Assembly (NCBI RefSeq): GCF_003704095.1
Contig: NW_020847472.1
Coordinates: 310,001-374,000, forward strand
DNA length: 64,000 nucleotides
Source: Pocillopora damicornis
Lineage: Eukaryota
Direction: 5' to 3'
In this document: in pieces, positions 57,401 to 64,000 of the stretch
How the letters are laid out: each line of letters starts with the position of its first letter
How positions within the stretch are numbered: the stretch's first letter is position 1
The notes under the pieces: generated by a model
The model's database searches: none
The model's input: the letters and a program-made list of their open reading frames with translations, nothing else
Told to the model about the DNA's origin: nothing
Translations under genes and position numbers: made by a program

Positions 57401-59831
57401 ACAGATTCTTGTAATGAAATTTTAATCTCTGGCTTTTCTTCAGCAGGTGTCATACCTGGAATATAATCTGAAGTTTTACGTGGTCGACCCCGAGGTGATC
57501 TGGGTGCGGATCTAGGTCTAGATGAGAAAGTGAAAAGAGACTCTTTTTCAATTTTTGTCGTCGGTGCTGTCTGTTCTTGTGAATTAGCAGGATCAGTATT
57601 GGCATTGCCATTTTGATCCCTATCAGGAATTTTTATTGACAGTTTTTTAAAGCTTGCTGCTAGGCTACTATCATCGCCTGACATCTTCAGTGAATTCTCA
57701 CTTTGTGATCTAGAAATAGACTCCTGATCATCAGAGACATTGTCCTTTGAAGTGGAGGAACCATTCACACCATTCTTAACAGTATTGCTTGTGTTATCCT
57801 TGTCAGTATTATTTGTGTTATCCCCATTGCGAACTTTGGAACTTCCAGGATGTTTGATTCTCAATGGCCTTCTCCGCGTCTTCCCACCTGAGCCAGTTCT
57901 TGGTGGTCTGGGTTGCATTGTTGTTTGAGTAGCTTCCACCTCTAACTGGCTACTGGAAGATTCTGATTGAAAATAAGTAGCATCTGATAAGGACCTCTGG
58001 TATGGAAGTCTATGAGTTAGTCCACTACTTTCACGTCCACTTTCAGGCTCAAGCGCGGGTGAAACAGATGTTAACTGAAGGATTGAGCCACTGTGATTTA
58101 ATCCTGAAGAAGATCGGCCACCTGCAGAAGATGCTCCTCCTTCACGAGAAGACTTTCTTGCATGTTTAGGAATAACAACTTTTGAGCCAAATGCAATATG
58201 CGTGGGTTGTTCTTCTGGTTTGTGTCCTGACACATCAGCTTCAGTAAGGATTGGTGTTGAAGGCGGAGGGAGGCCAGCTCTCTCTCTTGCTTTGATTTCT
58301 GCCTGTAATATCTTGGTCATATTGATGACCTTGAAGAAAAAATACAACAAATTTGTTTTCATAGGATGAGGAAAATTTAATCCTACCAAAGAAGGAAAAA
58401 AATTTTTTATACCTCAATCTTGAAATCAAAGCTGTTGCAAGATGTATTTACTTAGTCATCATTTTATCTAAAACCGAAACATCAAGTACTTGCTGAAAGG
58501 CATTTTAGTTTATGAAATCACATTTATTGAAAATATTTATGGAGTGCTGACCATAACTGCCTTACATGTAACATTGGCTGAAAGTAACGAGATACACCAA
58601 TATTTTTTTTTTCCAAAATATATCAGCATGTGAACCTACTAATAGTAACAGACTCTGTGGCTCAGTGGTTGAGAAATTCAGAGTGCAAAGGCTTTGATTC
58701 CTTACGGGAACTCAGAATTTTTCTCTATCCCTGGTTTGTGACAAGGCAATAAGTCATCCCTTTTCAAATATAAAATAACCATTTCAAAAACAAAATGTAA
58801 AAATACCACCGGCAGTTAAATCACGTCTAACACATTTCTAATCAGCAAGACATAATTCACAAAACAAGGTGTAAAAATGAAGCAAGGGAGACAATTACCG
58901 TCGATAAATTAATTATGGTCCAAACCACAGGAGCAGTCCAACATGAATAGGTTTAATAGCGCTTTCAGTCACCGCATATTAAACGTTAATACAAGTATAT
59001 TACAGTAAGCCTGCACTGAACCAGCTACGTAAACAAAAAGAATAAAAATAAAACAGTACTCATACCTGTGTGTAATAAAGGATGTCTGGTGAAGTCGAGA
59101 GCTGAAGTGATTTGGGTATATTGTCTGACTCTCCGCTGTTTGTATTCTCGCAATTGTAGAGTTCATCGTCGTCCGTAGTATCTAACGGTTGCAACTTCAT
59201 TGTGAAGATTTTCCTTAAACGACAACTCGCAGAAATTGTCAAGTTTTCCAGAGCATTAAAAGACTCTCCCTTGAACGTTTCTCCTACCAGTGATCGTAGA
59301 TCAAAACAAAGATTTAACCAGACACCAAGGCGAAGGATGTTAAGGGGAAATCGCGCGTGAAGTTGTGTTATCGTGATTTCTCTGTGATTTGAGGAGAGCA
59401 GAATGCGACGTTTGTTGTTTCCAGAGCTGTCTGAAACACCAAACTCTAAAGAAAACGAGTGCCCCAGTGGCACATATAATTGCAAAACCAAATACCGCTG
59501 TGTAAGTCCTAACGATTGCTTCTCGTCTTTAGGTAAGCTCATTTTCGTTGTGGTTGTCTCGCCCTCCAAAATGTAAACAAAACTCTTTACGTCCTTATCG
59601 TAAACTTTGTTTTTGGTTGAAGCACTTCCACTCAGCCTCCATTTTGCGACCGGGTCTCGTCCTTGAGCACTGAAAACTTCCACGTAAGAGCCACCCTATT
59701 TACACGAATCGAAAGAGAAATAACAAAACGTTACAGTAATCAAGCTTGGTTTGAAAAATATGTAACCATGCAAGCTAACCGATTTGGCCGCACTATGCTA
59801 ATTTACTTACTTGAAACTCATGCTTAAACAT
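54436..59831 (-). CDS. CFAP20DC: CFAP20 domain-containing protein (C3orf67 orthologue), 6 exons, about 828 aa
   Basis: Exons 59831-59811, 59695-59066, 58329-57127, 56572-56219, 55470-55362, 54605-54436. N-terminal [34 protein letters not shown] (CFA20/DUF667 domain), long Ser-rich linker and C-terminal [21 protein letters not shown]. Confidence 0.92.
58657..58746 (+). mobile_element. Decayed tRNA-derived SINE
   Basis: A-box-like GTGGCTCAGTGG and B-box-like CTTTGATTCC followed by a non-tRNA body; no cloverleaf. Confidence 0.45.
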
Positions 59832-60056
59832 TTTTTGCCGCCACAAACAAGAATCTCTAAGCGAAATATTTCAAAAATAGTCGAAATTTGAAGATAAGGG
59901 TTAATCCGTCGAGGAGACTTCGTTAAAAACGCGAAAAAGGTTCTTTGCTGCCGTACAAATTCGTCGCCATCATTACTCGACCCAGAGCCTCGTTTCTTTA
60001 CATTTATTCTCGTTCCCAGACCTGAACTACTCTCTCGGCCGGTAGGACCTTGGCAC

Positions 60057-60067
60057 AGGAAGTGACG
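60057..60067. promoter_or_regulatory. ETS/half-CRE composite motif in the CFAP20DC-LRR divergent interval
   Basis: AGGAAGTGACG lies in the 845-bp interval between the two head-to-head start codons. Confidence 0.3.
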
Positions 60068-60676
60068 CTCTTCTGAATTCTTGAGACCTTAAAAATTTTT
60101 AGATTTTTGTTCACGTTTACTGTTAAGAGAAAAGATAAACATGACCAAATAATCTTGAACTGGAGTGTCTTTGTTAAATTTATCATGAAACGGATGGACG
60201 CTGTCATACATACGGAAAGAAAAAGCAAGAAATATCCGGAGTTCTCCAAGTACTACAAGTTTCTTCATTTGGTCTCGTCACGCAATCCTAAATTTCTCAC
60301 ATATAAATTTGGTTTTTGATTAAAAAAAGCACCAACCTTAAAAAGTTTGTCAGGGGTCTAAGGTTTTCTCTCCATAAGAGTGTTGCGTGACGGAAATACC
60401 GAGACTAAACCCTGGAAATCATAGAAAGCTATAAAAAATCCTCCAATTTCTCTTCCTTTGTCTTAATCTCAAGTATCTCCCCTATCACCCTGTTCTAGTG
60501 GCTATCTCGGGGGAGAAGGCAAGACCAGTAAATTTACGCCTCCATCCACACCCCCACCCCCACCTCGTCAGATTCTTAGACCAGCTCTAATGCGAAATCG
60601 AGGCTAGCCTAACTCACGTGTGAGCGCCGGAAAACACTGATTCTTTGTGAATGTCACCAAGAGAAATATATTGGCG

Positions 60677-63600
60677 ATGGAAAAAGCAAAAAATGTCCTG
60701 GAAAGAGTTGTTTTGAATGGAGATCCGAATTTAGATTTGTCTTCTTTGGATCTTGACTCTTTGCCGTGTGATATTCTATCTAAAACACTCCGTCATGTCA
60801 CCATTTTGAACGTCGATTACAATGATTTGAAATACTTACCAAACGAGATTTCTGTCTTATTTTCATTGAAAGAACTATCCGCAACGGGTAACCAGCTGAA
60901 AGAACTACCGTATACTATGGTAGAGCTAAAAGAACTGGAATCACTTCACCTAAACGAGAACTGCTTACACGAAGTGCCTGCCTTTTTAGCGCAGCTGCAG
61001 CATTTGCAAATTCTGGACGCCATTGGCAATGGAATCGAATCCTGGAAGGAGGGACTTGCGGAATGTCTGTCGGAACTGCGGCTGGATGAGAATAACCTGA
61101 CAACCCTACCCGAGTCTTTCAGTCGTATGAGGAATCTAAAGGTAATGGAGTTGGGAGATAACAATCTGACAAGCTTGCCAGAGGATATAGGTGCACTGAG
61201 CAAGCTAGAAATCTTAAACTTAAGCCATAACAACTTGTCTAATCTACCACACTCACTGGGAGACCTACTTAATTTAAAGATGTTTGACCTAAGTGGTAAC
61301 AAGATTGAAAATCTACCAGAAAAATTTCATTCTGCCAACACCATAGAAAATCTCTTTATTGACAATAACTATCTGAAGTCCTTGCCTGCTTGGTTTGGAC
61401 AGTTGAGTCACATCAAGAATCTAGGAATAGCAGACAATGAGTTGTCAGGAAATCCTCTTCCAGATTCCTTTGGAACTGCATCTGGAAAGACATTGAAAAC
61501 TCTGGATCTTTCTGCAAACAACATCTCAAACTTACCAGAAACTATAGGGGACTTAAAGAAGCTGGAGAAGCTGAAGCTTGGAAGTATAATTTGTGAACTG
61601 GAAAGAAGGGCATTTCAAAATGGAAACTGGCTTTTAACACTGCCAAGTAGCTTTGGATGGATGTTGAACCTACAGAAGTTGCATTTAGATGAGAATCAGT
61701 TAGTGGAGTTGCCAGAAAACTTTGGTTATCTAGAAAATTTGGAATGGGTTGATTTTGGTCAAAATCGTCTGCAAAGACTGCCTCCCTCATTTTGTTCCCT
61801 GTCTAAGCTTTGGTACCTTCAGCTGTCTCAAAACTACCTAAAAACTCTTCCTGATGATTTTGGCAATCTTACTAGTCTGATTGAATTAAGGTTGAACAAC
61901 AACTACCTTACAGAGCTCCCCAGTTCATTTGCAAATTTGACTAAACTTCAAACTCTTGATTTGTTCCACAATGAACTCACAAAGATTCCTANNNNNNNNN
62001 NNNNNNNNNNNNNNNNNNNNNNNNNNNNNNNNNNNNNNNNNNNNNNNNNNNNNNNNNNNNNNNNNNNNNNNNNNNNNNNNNNNNNNNNNNNGACTAAACT
62101 TCAAACTCTTGATTTGTTCCACAATGAACTCACAAAGATTCCTAAAGAACTGTTGAATCTTAAGATGCTCTTGAGACTGGACTTGGATAAAAATAAATTT
62201 AAACTGAAAGCATGGAAAGTCCCAAAGTTGACAAAGCAAGTTAAATATCCAGACAGAGATCCGAGCTTGAAAGAAGACTGGCGTGGAAAGGTGAGGGAGG
62301 ATTATATCGACACTGGTGAGGTAAAAACTATTGAGATACTTAATGATGTCAATGATACAAGTGAAGATGACTCTGATGAGGATGATGTTGATGGCCTAAG
62401 TTATAGTGAAGCAGCTTTAGAATATGCCATGAAAAGAAGTTTGTCAATTTGGAAGTCACATGAAGGTGGGTAATTTCAGAATTGGCTTTGGATCATGTTC
62501 AATTCTCAGATCTAGAGCTTATTTGTGCAAAGTCCTGATCACTTAACCTTTTCACTCCCAAGATCTCATCAGTAATTCTCCTTGCTGTCTGCCATACAAT
62601 CTTTACAAGGTTACTTTGGAGAATTTGGTATTTGATCTAGTAAATTTTGTGATAATCCCCTCAGTGATATTTTCTTATTATCATCCCTTGTCTGCTTGAT
62701 ATTGTAAGGAGAAATTATGTCTTTGTCACTCATGAGAGTTAAAGGGTTAACAGAACTGAAGCAATGTTTTTAATTCTAAATCGTGGGGCAGGTCTTAGCT
62801 CAAAAACCTTTCCATTTATTTTTGTTTCCTGATATCTGTATTGTTACCCTTAAATAACTTTTATTTTGCTCTTTTTGATTTGGAACATGGTAAACAAAAC
62901 AATTTTGTAGGACCAGTAACTTCAGGACTTTATAACCCTTTGACTGCAAAGATTGACTAGCATCTAATTTCTCCTTCCAATATAACCCCTGAGTCAAACA
63001 TTAAGGTCATGAGAATAAAGGAAATGATCAGCAACTAAAGAAGCTCTTGAATGTTCAACAAATTCTCCTTGTCAGCACCCTAGGAAATGTATAGAGAGCA
63101 GTATGGAGAATATGCATGCTGATGTTAGGGTGTAAAGGATTATGGGAAATGAGCTTCTGATGTCACCTGTAGAGCCTCTATATTCCACACATTCCTCTCC
63201 TGTATCCCTTCATCCTTCTTCTTTTGTCCAATCTGTCCCCCAGCCCCACCTCCCTCTTTACCTTTAAGGCATTTTATCCACTTATTCAATTATTTAAATT
63301 AACCTTTTTTTTTCTCTTTGCAACAGGCCCAGATGAGAGAGAAGTTCATGATAGAGAACAAACTACAAGAGGTTTAATTCCCAAGTTTCCCTCAAAATAC
63401 CAACCTCAGGAGACAGAGACCATTGTTGAACTTTCTAAAACCATTTATACTGAAATTTTCGAAGATGCCGATGATTTATCTGAGAATGAGTCCAATATGA
63501 GAAGTCTAGCTCAGTTGGAAGACCATACAGACACAAAAAATGCGAGCATCAACGATCTATCAAATGGAGCTCTCTTAGAAGGACCTCAGCAAGATGGACC

Positions 63601-63931
63601 TCAGTCAAGAGGGTCTCTGTCAGATGGGCCATTGCCAAGTGCACTGGACACAGTTGAGGACTGGGATAAGGAGATTGAAGATTCCTTGGCTTACAATCTT
63701 GTACTGGAAACGTTTAAGCAAAGGAGTTATAACAAAGTTAATTTTCAAAACCAACTGCAAAACTTGCTTTACTCCTATCCTCCTGCATCCCAAGCCTTCA
63801 CCAAGACAGCAAACTATGAATCAGCTGTTTACTCATTCCCTGCACCACATCTGTGCAGTGATCAGGTGTCTTGCTCCTTAGATGCTGGGCAGTTTGATGA
63901 TGCTGATGAGGAGGTGCTTGCTAAATTGTGA
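60677..63931 (+). CDS. Intracellular leucine-rich-repeat protein (SHOC2/LRRC-like repeats) with acidic C-terminal region
   Basis: Exons 60677-62465 and 63327-63931 (phase 1). About 18 repeats of LxxLxLxxNxLxxLP at 23-aa period, no signal peptide. The stop overlaps a possible donor (gtgagt at 63928), so the gene may continue beyond the window. Contains an assembly gap. Confidence 0.85.
62543..63141. mobile_element. Two adjacent TTAA MITEs (62543-62750, 62932-63141) in the LRR intron
   Basis: TTAACCTTTTCACTCCCA..GAGAGTTAAAGGGTTAA and ATAACCCTTTGACT..GGGTGTAAAGGATTA. Bodies match the other copies in the window. Confidence 0.75.
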
Positions 63932-64000
63932 GTCTTGTTTAAGATACATCTTGTTTGAAGTTTTAGCCAATATCATCAGTTATGCTCTGAACCTCAGAGG

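Noticed and set aside
58657-58746. tRNA gene
   Set aside because: Only decayed A/B boxes, with no acceptor stem or cloverleaf; treated as a SINE remnant.

Overview
Eukaryotic (animal) genomic DNA: AT-rich, with spliceosomal introns and four N-gaps. Gene content and repeat families suggest a cnidarian, probably a stony coral (inference). I assembled exon models by hand for 11 protein-coding genes: an intronless divergent Zic (-); isopentenyl phosphate kinase (-, 6 exons) head-to-head with a divergent myosin regulatory light chain (+); two tandem LicD/fukutin-family transferases (+); a secreted protein with three WSC-like Cys-rich repeats (+); two ACC-synthase-like (ACCS) PLP enzymes (+, 15 coding exons each) flanking a 3-Ig single-pass receptor (-); and CFAP20DC/C3orf67 (-) head-to-head with an LRR protein (+). 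Non-coding DNA holds many TTAA-flanked piggyBac-type MITEs (one nested in another), foldback MITEs, SINE remnants and two families of short Penelope-like retro-insertions carrying minimal hammerhead ribozyme motifs. One of these motifs is intact and sits in an insert with a perfect 16-bp target-site duplication. The most unusual observations: (1) the hammerhead-bearing inserts; (2) a 68-bp inverted duplication with a CRE in each arm, lying between the divergent Ig and ACCS-2 genes and enclosing a copied piece of the Ig gene's own exon; (3) ACCS-1 lost its C-terminal module by CAG>TAG, and the fossil coding sequence now contains an AATAAA; (4) the ACCS paralogues use GC-AG introns at different positions. 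All models come from reading the sequence by eye; no database search was run.
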